From positions 1 through 29,923 of IMG/VR virus record IMGVR_UViG_3300050029_000044: a stretch of 29,923 nucleotides of DNA. One strand, written 5' to 3'. Under the pieces are notes generated by a model. The model saw only the letters and a program-made list of their open reading frames with translations, was not told the DNA's origin and ran no database searches. Source of the stretch: a virus. Position numbers and translations under genes: made by a program. Below are positions 22,875 through 29,923 of this stretch, piece by piece. Position 1 is the stretch's first letter. Every line of letters begins with the position of its first letter.

Positions 22875-24608
22875 ATGGCATATACAGGAAATAGCATAGT
22901 AGATTATCTAAATAGTCAAGGTCAGGCAAGTGATTATAACACCCGTGCTGGTTTAGCTGCGAAACAAGGCATACAAGGTTATGTGGGATCTGCGGCACAG
23001 AATACCCAACTTTTAGGTATGCTTAATAAACCAAGTGGTGCTATAAGTGCCGATAGTTTGGCTAATCCTGTACAACCGGTTCAACTTCCACCGACACCTA
23101 CTCCAACACCAGTACCACCCGTAACCCCTTTACCACAAACTCAAGACCAAAATCCTGCTTTAACAGATTTTCTTAAAAGTTCTTCTGAAAATGCACCTGT
23201 AAATCAAACAGATATTTATAATCAAGATTATGCTAATGCCGGAATAGACCAAAAACAACAACAGGTTAATGATATTACTGCTCAATTAAATGATATAACC
23301 GCCCAACAGACCGCACAAGAATTACAGATGAAGAATGAGGGTATTTCAAGTGGTGCTATTTCAGGAAGGAATTTAGATTTAGAACGACAGAATGCTATTA
23401 GGGCTTTACCTTTAAAGGCTCAACTTGATGCCGCACAAGGAAATTTAACTGCGGCTCAATCTAAGTTAGACACCTTATTTAAAATCCAAACTACTGATGC
23501 CCAGAATCAACACGATTACAAACAAGCACAAATACAAGCGGTTTATGATAGTGCTACGAAGGCTCAACAAGCACAGCTAGATGCCAAATCAGCACAGTTA
23601 AAGCAAGACCAACAAACTCAAACTGATAATATGAAAGCTGCACAGGCAGTTGTCAAAGATATGTTATCTTACGATCCATCTACTGCTGGAAAAATCGCTA
23701 GTATTGATTGGACACAACCCGATGCTCAGCAACAATATGCTGATTTATTAAATCAAGCAAAGCCAAAATTAACTGCTTCACAAATAAATGCAGGGATAAC
23801 TTCTGCACCATCTACTACAACAACTTATGATGCCGCTGGTCAGACCACAAAAACTACTGGTTCAATTCACAATGATGTACAAGCTGTTTTAGAGGGTAGA
23901 AATACACTTTATAATATTCGTCAGACAATGGGAAGGACTAATGCTGCTGCCGCCTATATGCAACAAATGAGGGATCAAATTACAGCAGTTGACCCGAACT
24001 TTGACTTTGTGGCTTCAGACGCTGGAGGAAAATCAGTATCAACTGCCTATGTTCAAAGAGCTACAATCTCTATAAATGCAATACTTCCTAATATTGATAA
24101 AGTTGTAGCGCTATCAGACCAAGTTAAAAGACTTGGAATAGCCGGAGTTGACAAATTATTACAACAGGGAAATATCCAAATAGGCAACCAAAAGGTTACT
24201 AACTTTGTAGAGGCACAAAAACTTATTGCTGATGAGTTAGGAGTAGCTTTAGGAGGGGGAACGATGTCTGATATGAAATTGCAATTAGGATTTGATGTAA
24301 CCGACCCGAGTGTAAAACCAGAGGTATTCGCTTCTAATATGGCATTGATTAAAACATTCTTGAATAATAGAATAGATGCTCTTAATAGCCTTAGATATAA
24401 AAGCTCAACAGTAAGTCAAAATTCTTCCGTCCCGAGCAATGAAGATGTAAATTATAGTTTGTCTCAAATTGGTGTTAAAACTGGGAGTGATGGATTTGTA
24501 AGTCCTCAAGATTGGACTAAAATTAAAAATGCTTGGAAAGGTGATGCTGCTTCATTAGAAAGCACTTTCGGACATTTAAAGAATCCTAATAATTCTAATT
24601 ATAAATAA
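22875..24608 (+). CDS. Gln-rich coiled-coil virion protein with an N-terminal wall-binding-like module and a Pro/Thr linker (577 aa). Possible ejection or tape-measure-like protein.
   Basis: N-terminus SIVDYLNSQGQASDYNTRAGLAAKQGIQGYVGSAAQNTQLLGML resembles a short module seen at the ends of Gram-positive phage tail/lysin proteins (from memory). PPTPTPTPVPPVTPLP linker. Confidence 0.5.
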   Translation: MAYTGNSIVDYLNSQGQASDYNTRAGLAAKQGIQGYVGSAAQNTQLLGMLNKPSGAISADSLANPVQPVQLPPTPTPTPVPPVTPLPQTQDQNPALTDFLKSSSENAPVNQTDIYNQDYANAGIDQKQQQVNDITAQLNDITAQQTAQELQMKNEGISSGAISGRNLDLERQNAIRALPLKAQLDAAQGNLTAAQSKLDTLFKIQTTDAQNQHDYKQAQIQAVYDSATKAQQAQLDAKSAQLKQDQQTQTDNMKAAQAVVKDMLSYDPSTAGKIASIDWTQPDAQQQYADLLNQAKPKLTASQINAGITSAPSTTTTYDAAGQTTKTTGSIHNDVQAVLEGRNTLYNIRQTMGRTNAAAAYMQQMRDQITAVDPNFDFVASDAGGKSVSTAYVQRATISINAILPNIDKVVALSDQVKRLGIAGVDKLLQQGNIQIGNQKVTNFVEAQKLIADELGVALGGGTMSDMKLQLGFDVTDPSVKPEVFASNMALIKTFLNNRIDALNSLRYKSSTVSQNSSVPSNEDVNYSLSQIGVKTGSDGFVSPQDWTKIKNAWKGDAASLESTFGHLKNPNNSNYK

Positions 24609-24609
24609 T

Positions 24610-25965
24610 ATGCCTACAAATTTATTTCAAAATCCACCGGCACAACAACAGGCTACTCCTAAAAACTTATTTGAAGGAGCAGACCAATTAAATTTGGCTC
24701 AACCAACTCCAGAAAGTCAGGGTGCAGTTAAACAACCTAATGGAACATATAAAGCTCCTAGTTTTTTAGAAGGTTTAAAACAGGCGGCGATAGGGGCAGG
24801 TAATTATTTTGGCAGTGAAGCTGTCGGTTTAGGAAAAGTTGTTTCAAATGCCTTAAAACCGTCTTCAAATACTTTTTTACCTCAAAATAGAGATGCAAAT
24901 AAGAACGTTGCAAAAGACGCTCCTTACAACCAAGCTATCCAATTTGGAACAGATTTGCAAAATCAAATGAGTCCACAAAATCAAGCTCAACAAGGTGGAG
25001 CAACTGCGGCTAATGTTGCTGAAATTGCTCTACCTTTAGCGAAACCCATCTCAGGAATAATAGAAAATGCTCCAAAAATATTAGAAAGTGGAAAAAACTT
25101 AATTGGCAACATAGTTAAAGGTTCTCCAAAAACAGAAGAACAAGTAATACAAGATTTAATATCACCTAAACCAACTGTTAGTCAGGCAAAATTAGCAGAA
25201 AGTCAAGGAAGACTTATTAAAGGACAAGAACCAACATTATTTAAAGCTGGGACTGAAGATGTTGTTTTGCCATCTCAAAAGAATATTAGAGCTGCCCAAA
25301 CTATACAAAACAATATTCCAGGAGCAGCAAAAATGAATGAAGCTCAATTATATACTTCTCTTAACAATAAAACTGGAGAAATAGCTATGAATTTAAAACC
25401 TGAAATGTTAAAAGTATCAGTAAATCCTGAAGTATCCAGTAAAATAGGTAGTGCTTGGCAAGATTTAAAACAAATACAAATTTCAGATGTTCCGGCTACC
25501 GAAGAAGCAAATGTTGCTAAATTACAAGGAAAATTTGACCAAATACTTCAAAAGTTAGGTAAAACAGAAAACCCAACAATGCAAAATTATTGGGATGCCA
25601 GACAATCTTATGACCAATCTATAAAAGATGCTGTTAAAAAAGCAAATAATTTATCTCCTGAATCTTTACAGATGCAAAAAGAAATATGGTTGCAGAATAG
25701 AGAAATACTTAATGGTGCAATAAATGATTCTTCCACTGGATTAGGTCAAACGTCTAAACAATCATTTTCCGATATGACTGATATGTATAATGCTAAAGAG
25801 GGCATTTTATCTAAAGCTAAAATAAATACTAAAGTTCAGCCAAGTAAAATAGTTCAATGGGTGAAAAAACATCCCATAATATCAACTATTGTAGGAGCAA
25901 CAGTATTGAATAAAGCCGGTGGAGGAGTTCCAGCCAAAATAGCTAAGAGTGCTTTAGGACTTTAA
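24610..25965 (+). CDS. Virion-internal/tail protein (451 aa).
   Basis: ORF track. Gln/Lys/Asn-rich. C-terminal hydrophobic segment PIISTIVGATVL. Confidence 0.55.
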   Translation: MPTNLFQNPPAQQQATPKNLFEGADQLNLAQPTPESQGAVKQPNGTYKAPSFLEGLKQAAIGAGNYFGSEAVGLGKVVSNALKPSSNTFLPQNRDANKNVAKDAPYNQAIQFGTDLQNQMSPQNQAQQGGATAANVAEIALPLAKPISGIIENAPKILESGKNLIGNIVKGSPKTEEQVIQDLISPKPTVSQAKLAESQGRLIKGQEPTLFKAGTEDVVLPSQKNIRAAQTIQNNIPGAAKMNEAQLYTSLNNKTGEIAMNLKPEMLKVSVNPEVSSKIGSAWQDLKQIQISDVPATEEANVAKLQGKFDQILQKLGKTENPTMQNYWDARQSYDQSIKDAVKKANNLSPESLQMQKEIWLQNREILNGAINDSSTGLGQTSKQSFSDMTDMYNAKEGILSKAKINTKVQPSKIVQWVKKHPIISTIVGATVLNKAGGGVPAKIAKSALGL

Positions 25966-26038
25966 GAAAGCTTTATAGCAATATAGATTATTATTAGTAA
26001 AATAATAAAGTCTGTCATATACCATTATAATACCACAA

Positions 26039-28522
26039 ATGGATAAAAAACAAAAGCTAATCCAGGATATTAAGTCAGGAAAAATCAAATCGGATAAAGA
26101 CCTTTTAACCTTTGTCATTGCTGAAAAACAAAAGTCAGAACTTATAAAAGAGATTATACCTCAAATAAAACTACCAGATACTCTTAAGGGCGATAAGGGC
26201 GACCCAGGAATACCAGGAGAACCAGGTAAAGATGGAGTTGATGGTAAGCCAGGCAGAAATGGGCGTGATGGGCGTAATCCAGACGTTGCTACAGTCGTTC
26301 AGGAGGCTGTGGCTGCATTAGAAGACAAAATACCTACATTACCCCAAATAGTAGAGAAACTGCCAGAAAACGGGCAAGCTGTGCGAGATAGTTTAGAGAT
26401 GCTTACTGGTGAGGAACGACTTGATAAGAGTGCCATTAGGGGACTTGATGAAATCGTTAAAGGAGGAGTTGAAAAGTATGGCAGACCTCTTTTTGGTGGC
26501 GGAAGCACTGCCAGAATGCTATACCAACTTCAAGATGTTCATATAACTAATCCTATAACCAATGGTGATAATTTAGTTTATAACGCTACAACCGGATTAT
26601 GGGAAAATTCACAAGATTTAACTTACCTCACCAAATCCCAAGCCGACACTTACTATCTCACCCTTGACCAAACCACTCCCCAAACCACAGTAGGTACTTT
26701 TACGTTTCCTAACGGAGTATTTGGTCTCAATGTTAACAGTTCCTCTATGCTTGCTGTGGGCAATTCTCCGCTTACATATCAATCTGGATATGAGGGCATA
26801 GACATCGGTATTACAGGAGCAAATGCAATTCTTAAAGTAGGACAAGACAATACGCACCAACTTCAATTCGTTTGGTTATACAACGCAGACCCAGCACTTG
26901 CAAGTTGCCATTTGAATACCTATGGATATGCAAATCCTCTCACGATACGTGCGAGTGCTTTGACCTTTCAAGGGTCTAGCGTTTCAGTAATTGGTACAAC
27001 TAACATTGATTCTCTGACCGCCTCAAAACTCGTATTCACAGACGCTTCAAAAAACCTCACCTCAACCGGCATAGGAGCATCAGGACAATTTATAAAGGGC
27101 GATGGTTCGTTGGATAGCACCGCATATCTTTCTTCCCTAGGTGCAACCACAGGTGCAACCTCTCAATCTCAAGTCTTTACTTTAGGTGCAACACTTTCAA
27201 ATATGACTGCTGGCTCTGTTCTATTCGCAGGAACAGCGGGTGTAATTTCACAGGACAATTCAAATTTCAGTTATGATGCAACAAATCATAGATTGAGCGT
27301 TGGAGGAGCAACTGCTTCAGCCTCGTTGAATGTGAGACCACAGACGATAGGTGGAGTACAGTATTTCAATATGTACCTTGCTCCAATGGGAGAGTTTAAC
27401 TCCAATCAGTTGAGTATTGCTACTTCTTTAGGTGCAGGAGCTATTTGGGTAGGTCCAGCATTTTACGGTGGAGCAAATGCCGCTCCTTATGGTTTTTGGA
27501 TGTACGATGGAGTTGATTTTAATAAAATGAACTTATGGAAAGAAGGTCCTAGTTACCAAGGTGTATATTACGACGAGGGTTCAGCTGGAATTGGAATAAA
27601 TTACTTCGGTGGGATTGATAGCACAATACAAACTCCCTTTGCAGTAAAAAATAAACTTTTATTTGGAAATGGTTCAATCAACGCAGGAACAGTCAGTATC
27701 ACAAGTGGCTCTACAGCAGTTACAGGTTCGGGAACACAATTCACAAAACAATTTTCAACCACGACTACAAGAGGAAATAAAATATATCCAACTGGTGGTC
27801 ACTTTTTAGGATATACAATCTCATCAATCACCGATGATACGCATATTGTACTTTCAGCGGCACCAGTCGTTTCTCTGACAAACGTAACCTTTGGTGGTTC
27901 AAAAGTGCTACTTGGTTCGGGACAGGCATACACGACATATACTCAAGCGGGAGATGTGAACTTACTATATTTCCTTGGTAGAAATGTTAGTAAAACTGTT
28001 GCTTCAGTACCGAGTGCTGATGAAATTATCTATACCGCAACATTTGGAGCGACATCGACTGATTTTTATAATAAAAATGCGTCAGCAACTGTTTCTTTCT
28101 ATCAGACAGGATATGGAGGAATAGCAAGTGATATTTTAACTTTAGTTCCCTACCACACCGTAGCAGGTGGAGCATTAAGTCGTGTCCTAATAAACTCCGA
28201 TTTGACTCTTGACGATGGTGTGAACACTCTACAAGTAAATGGTTCTATTGGATTAAATCTGGCTCAAACAACGACTAACGGTCTTACGGGAACAGCGGTT
28301 TCAAATCAACCATTCCAAGGTTCAGCTTACAAGAAGTTTGTCGTTTATCTAACCAACTTTACGAGCGCAGGAACTGTCCTAACCTTTCCGACAGCTTTCA
28401 TAAACGCCCCTTATGTTTACGGAGATGCGGCGGCGATAGCGATTGCTGTGACGAACACAACCACAGTAACCCTAACGAGTGTCGGAGCTGTGGCTGGAAA
28501 CATTTTTATCGAGGGATATTAA
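26039..28522 (+). CDS. Tail fibre with a collagen-like triple-helix segment (827 aa).
   Basis: GDKGDPGIPGEPGKDGVDGKPGRNGRDGRN gives ten Gly-X-Y triplets, followed by a long Ser/Thr/Gly-rich beta region. Confidence 0.75.
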   Translation: MDKKQKLIQDIKSGKIKSDKDLLTFVIAEKQKSELIKEIIPQIKLPDTLKGDKGDPGIPGEPGKDGVDGKPGRNGRDGRNPDVATVVQEAVAALEDKIPTLPQIVEKLPENGQAVRDSLEMLTGEERLDKSAIRGLDEIVKGGVEKYGRPLFGGGSTARMLYQLQDVHITNPITNGDNLVYNATTGLWENSQDLTYLTKSQADTYYLTLDQTTPQTTVGTFTFPNGVFGLNVNSSSMLAVGNSPLTYQSGYEGIDIGITGANAILKVGQDNTHQLQFVWLYNADPALASCHLNTYGYANPLTIRASALTFQGSSVSVIGTTNIDSLTASKLVFTDASKNLTSTGIGASGQFIKGDGSLDSTAYLSSLGATTGATSQSQVFTLGATLSNMTAGSVLFAGTAGVISQDNSNFSYDATNHRLSVGGATASASLNVRPQTIGGVQYFNMYLAPMGEFNSNQLSIATSLGAGAIWVGPAFYGGANAAPYGFWMYDGVDFNKMNLWKEGPSYQGVYYDEGSAGIGINYFGGIDSTIQTPFAVKNKLLFGNGSINAGTVSITSGSTAVTGSGTQFTKQFSTTTTRGNKIYPTGGHFLGYTISSITDDTHIVLSAAPVVSLTNVTFGGSKVLLGSGQAYTTYTQAGDVNLLYFLGRNVSKTVASVPSADEIIYTATFGATSTDFYNKNASATVSFYQTGYGGIASDILTLVPYHTVAGGALSRVLINSDLTLDDGVNTLQVNGSIGLNLAQTTTNGLTGTAVSNQPFQGSAYKKFVVYLTNFTSAGTVLTFPTAFINAPYVYGDAAAIAIAVTNTTTVTLTSVGAVAGNIFIEGY

Positions 28523-28539
28523 AAATTAACCATAAAAAT

Positions 28540-28830
28540 ATGGAAAACCTAAAAATAACATCAATTAAGACAGGAGAAATTACGCAACAATTTGTTGAGA
28601 TAACTCCTCCTCCAATACAACCTGCAACCACAAAAATACCAGTAGAAGCGTATGTAAAACGGCTCATAGACCAGCGAGATGGTTTGCAGGCTCAAATTGA
28701 TAGTAATGTTTTACAGAATGGTATCGATGAAATTAACGCCAAGCTGGCGGAGATTGAGGGAAAGGATGTCGATGTGGTGGCGGTTCAAGAAAAATTAGTA
28801 GTAAAACAAACCAACGAAGTTATAAAATAA
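28540..28830 (+). CDS. Hypothetical protein (96 aa), possible fibre assembly factor.
   Basis: Position downstream of the fibre gene. Coiled-coil C-terminal half. Confidence 0.45.
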   Translation: MENLKITSIKTGEITQQFVEITPPPIQPATTKIPVEAYVKRLIDQRDGLQAQIDSNVLQNGIDEINAKLAEIEGKDVDVVAVQEKLVVKQTNEVIK

Positions 28831-28831
28831 A

Positions 28832-29206
28832 ATGGCAGAAATAGACTTTACACAAATATTACTTCAAAATGGAATTTCTTCACTTTTTGTGATAGTGATT
28901 ATTGCTTACCTTTATTTCCAAAGCAAGAAGAAAGCAGAAACGCTTATCATTAAGGACGACAATAGGAAAGACGACACCGACGAGGTGGCGAAAGATTTAA
29001 GCAAAACCACCCACCAACAGGACTTGAATTTAGTGGGACTTACTAAAGATATAGAGTTTGTTAAACTACAAGTTTCAAATCACTTACCGACAGCGATAAA
29101 AGAATTGAGCGATAAATTAGAATTGCACGACCAAGACGAAAGAAAAGTATGGAAGATTTTAATAGCTTTGGCAGTTAAAAACGGAATAGACATATCAAAT
29201 TTTTAG
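28832..29206 (+). CDS. Single-pass membrane protein (124 aa), holin or lysis-regulator candidate.
   Basis: N-terminal TM ISSLFVIVIIAYLYF followed by a charged, helical tail. Last gene before the endolysin leader. Confidence 0.45.
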   Translation: MAEIDFTQILLQNGISSLFVIVIIAYLYFQSKKKAETLIIKDDNRKDDTDEVAKDLSKTTHQQDLNLVGLTKDIEFVKLQVSNHLPTAIKELSDKLELHDQDERKVWKILIALAVKNGIDISNF

Positions 29207-29299
29207 TTGGTGGATTAAATTCTGGGGATAATAAAATATGCAATATCGTCTAATATGCATAATACTAAGACACTTCCCCGGAACTTAGTTCATTAACAC

Positions 29300-29585
29300 T
29301 TTTATAGGAGCCCTATATGGACAAAACTGGCGGAATTGACCACGATTTGAAGTTAGTAACTTGTCCGAAAGTGACCTGTAAAATGCGGGGAGAAAGAACC
29401 TCCTGTTATTTATCAGGACACTCAAACTGCCGATTCTTCGGCATTCCTATCAGGTCTATTGACGAAAGACCTATAAGGATTCAGGTAGGAAGGGGTGATT
29501 CCGAATCCCGTTAGCCCAAAAAGCTAACATCCAGTTTCGTCATAGTTAAGAGTTTGGCGGGAACTCTAAAAACCGCCACCATTTT
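29300..29585 (+). ncRNA. Structured 5' leader of the M23 endolysin gene. Candidate cis-regulatory RNA, possibly a ydaO/c-di-AMP-type riboswitch.
   Basis: At least six hairpins: 29401-29418, 29428-29443 (tgccga-ttct-tcggca), 29446-29478, 29477-29508, 29510-29528, and alternative hairpins at 29549-29578. Blocks GCGGGGAG, AGGUAGGAA, GGGGUGAUUC and CCGAAUCCCGUUAGC are present. Confidence 0.5.
29549..29584 (+). terminator. Expression platform: two mutually exclusive hairpins, the second followed by a U-rich tract just before the ATG.
   Basis: agagtt/aactct (29549-29554 / 29562-29567) competes with tggcgg/ccgcca (29555-29560 / 29573-29578). ccatttt then follows, with the ATG at 29586. Confidence 0.45.
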
Positions 29586-29923
29586 ATGAAAAAAATATAT
29601 AGACCCGTAAAAACTAATCTTATTTCGCAGGGCTTTGGATTAGCCAACACCAAGCCGTCTTTGATACCTTTGTATAATTCTTTAGGATTAAAAGCCCACG
29701 ATGGCGTAGATTTTGCTGTTAAGTGTAAAGACAATAATATAAAGACAGGCGGACAATGCGAGAATGTTTATCAAAACGTGGTAGACGAACTCACGGTCAC
29801 TTTTATACAGCGTGATATTGATAAAGGTTTTGGCATTTCGGCAATAGGAACTGACTCAACGCACTACCTCTGGTGGCACGAGGATAGTTTTGATTCAGTA
29901 GTATTTGTCGGGCAGAAGTTAAA
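29586..29923 (+). CDS. M23 (LytM/lysostaphin-type) peptidoglycan endopeptidase, 5' part. Continues at 128..347 once the duplicated 127 bp is removed, giving about 185 aa in total. Candidate endolysin.
   Basis: ATG at 29586 opens a frame that runs off the window end and is in phase with the 165..347 ORF. HxxxD motif is present (LKAHDGVDF). Confidence 0.85.
   Translation, partial: MKKIYRPVKTNLISQGFGLANTKPSLIPLYNSLGLKAHDGVDFAVKCKDNNIKTGGQCENVYQNVVDELTVTFIQRDIDKGFGISAIGTDSTHYLWWHEDSFDSVVFVGQKL
29797..29923. repeat. Terminal direct repeat, copy B (identical to 1..127).
   Basis: Same 127 nt as the window start. Unit genome length is therefore 29,796 bp. Confidence 0.95.

Noticed and set aside
26026-26041. 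TATAAT 7 nt upstream of the tail-fibre ATG, considered as a full promoter.
   Set aside because: There is no -35 or TG extension. It is mentioned only as a weaker instance of the leaderless pattern.
29317-29514. 65-codon + strand ORF (MDKTGGIDHDLKLVTCPKVTC...) with a GGAG 6 nt upstream of its ATG.
   Set aside because: It coincides with the densest run of hairpins in the leader. It is Arg/Cys-rich, unlike other proteins here. By my count its third-codon positions are about 43% GC, against about 30% in a sampled stretch of the capsid gene. It is probably a non-coding structured RNA. This is not fully excluded, and conservation analysis would decide.
1-29923. Search for integrase/excisionase, CI-like repressor, tRNA genes, CRISPR arrays, reverse transcriptase, toxin-antitoxin pairs and tail tube/sheath/long tape-measure genes.
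   Set aside because: No ORF showed motifs I could recognise for any of these. Their absence is inferred by eye only and should be confirmed by profile searches.

Overview
The window is one complete tailed-phage genome of about 29,796 bp. Bases 1-127 recur exactly at 29797-29923, which marks a circular or terminally redundant contig, and an M23 peptidase gene reads in frame across that junction. The sequence is AT-rich. Every credible gene is on the + strand, and genes are tightly packed with many ATGA/TAATG stop-start overlaps. Circular order: (1) a structured non-coding leader; (2) a lysis cassette with an M23 endopeptidase, three tiny membrane proteins and an SLT lytic transglycosylase; (3) a non-coding control region; (4) an early/replication module with a winged-HTH initiator carrying internal iterons, NinB-like and NinG-like proteins, two DNA methyltransferases, an HNH endonuclease, many Cys-rich or membrane miniproteins, and a 97-aa (Gly-Asn/Tyr/Asp)x41 repeat protein; (5) packaging and morphogenesis genes: TerS, TerL, portal, scaffold-like protein, capsid, tail proteins and a collagen-like fibre. 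I recognise no integrase, tRNA, CRISPR array, tail sheath/tube or long tape-measure gene, so a lytic short-tailed phage is my best guess (inference only). The host is unknown. The main findings are: (a) a multi-hairpin leader of about 290 nt with mutually exclusive terminal hairpins directly upstream of the endolysin, with sequence blocks resembling the ydaO/c-di-AMP riboswitch; (b) a perfect GGC-NAC hexanucleotide array encoding a Gly-Asn/Tyr/Asp protein, inside a two-gene cassette bracketed by 50-bp direct repeats; (c) a recurring TTGACA-N17-(-10)-N5-7-ATG architecture implying leaderless mRNAs; (d) an SLT gene that has an ATG start only if a U_UUA_AAA -1 shift is used; (e) lambda-like iterons inside the initiator gene; (f) very long RNA hairpins, including a 27-bp perfect one after the capsid gene. 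All functional calls rest on motifs read by eye, and no database search was possible.
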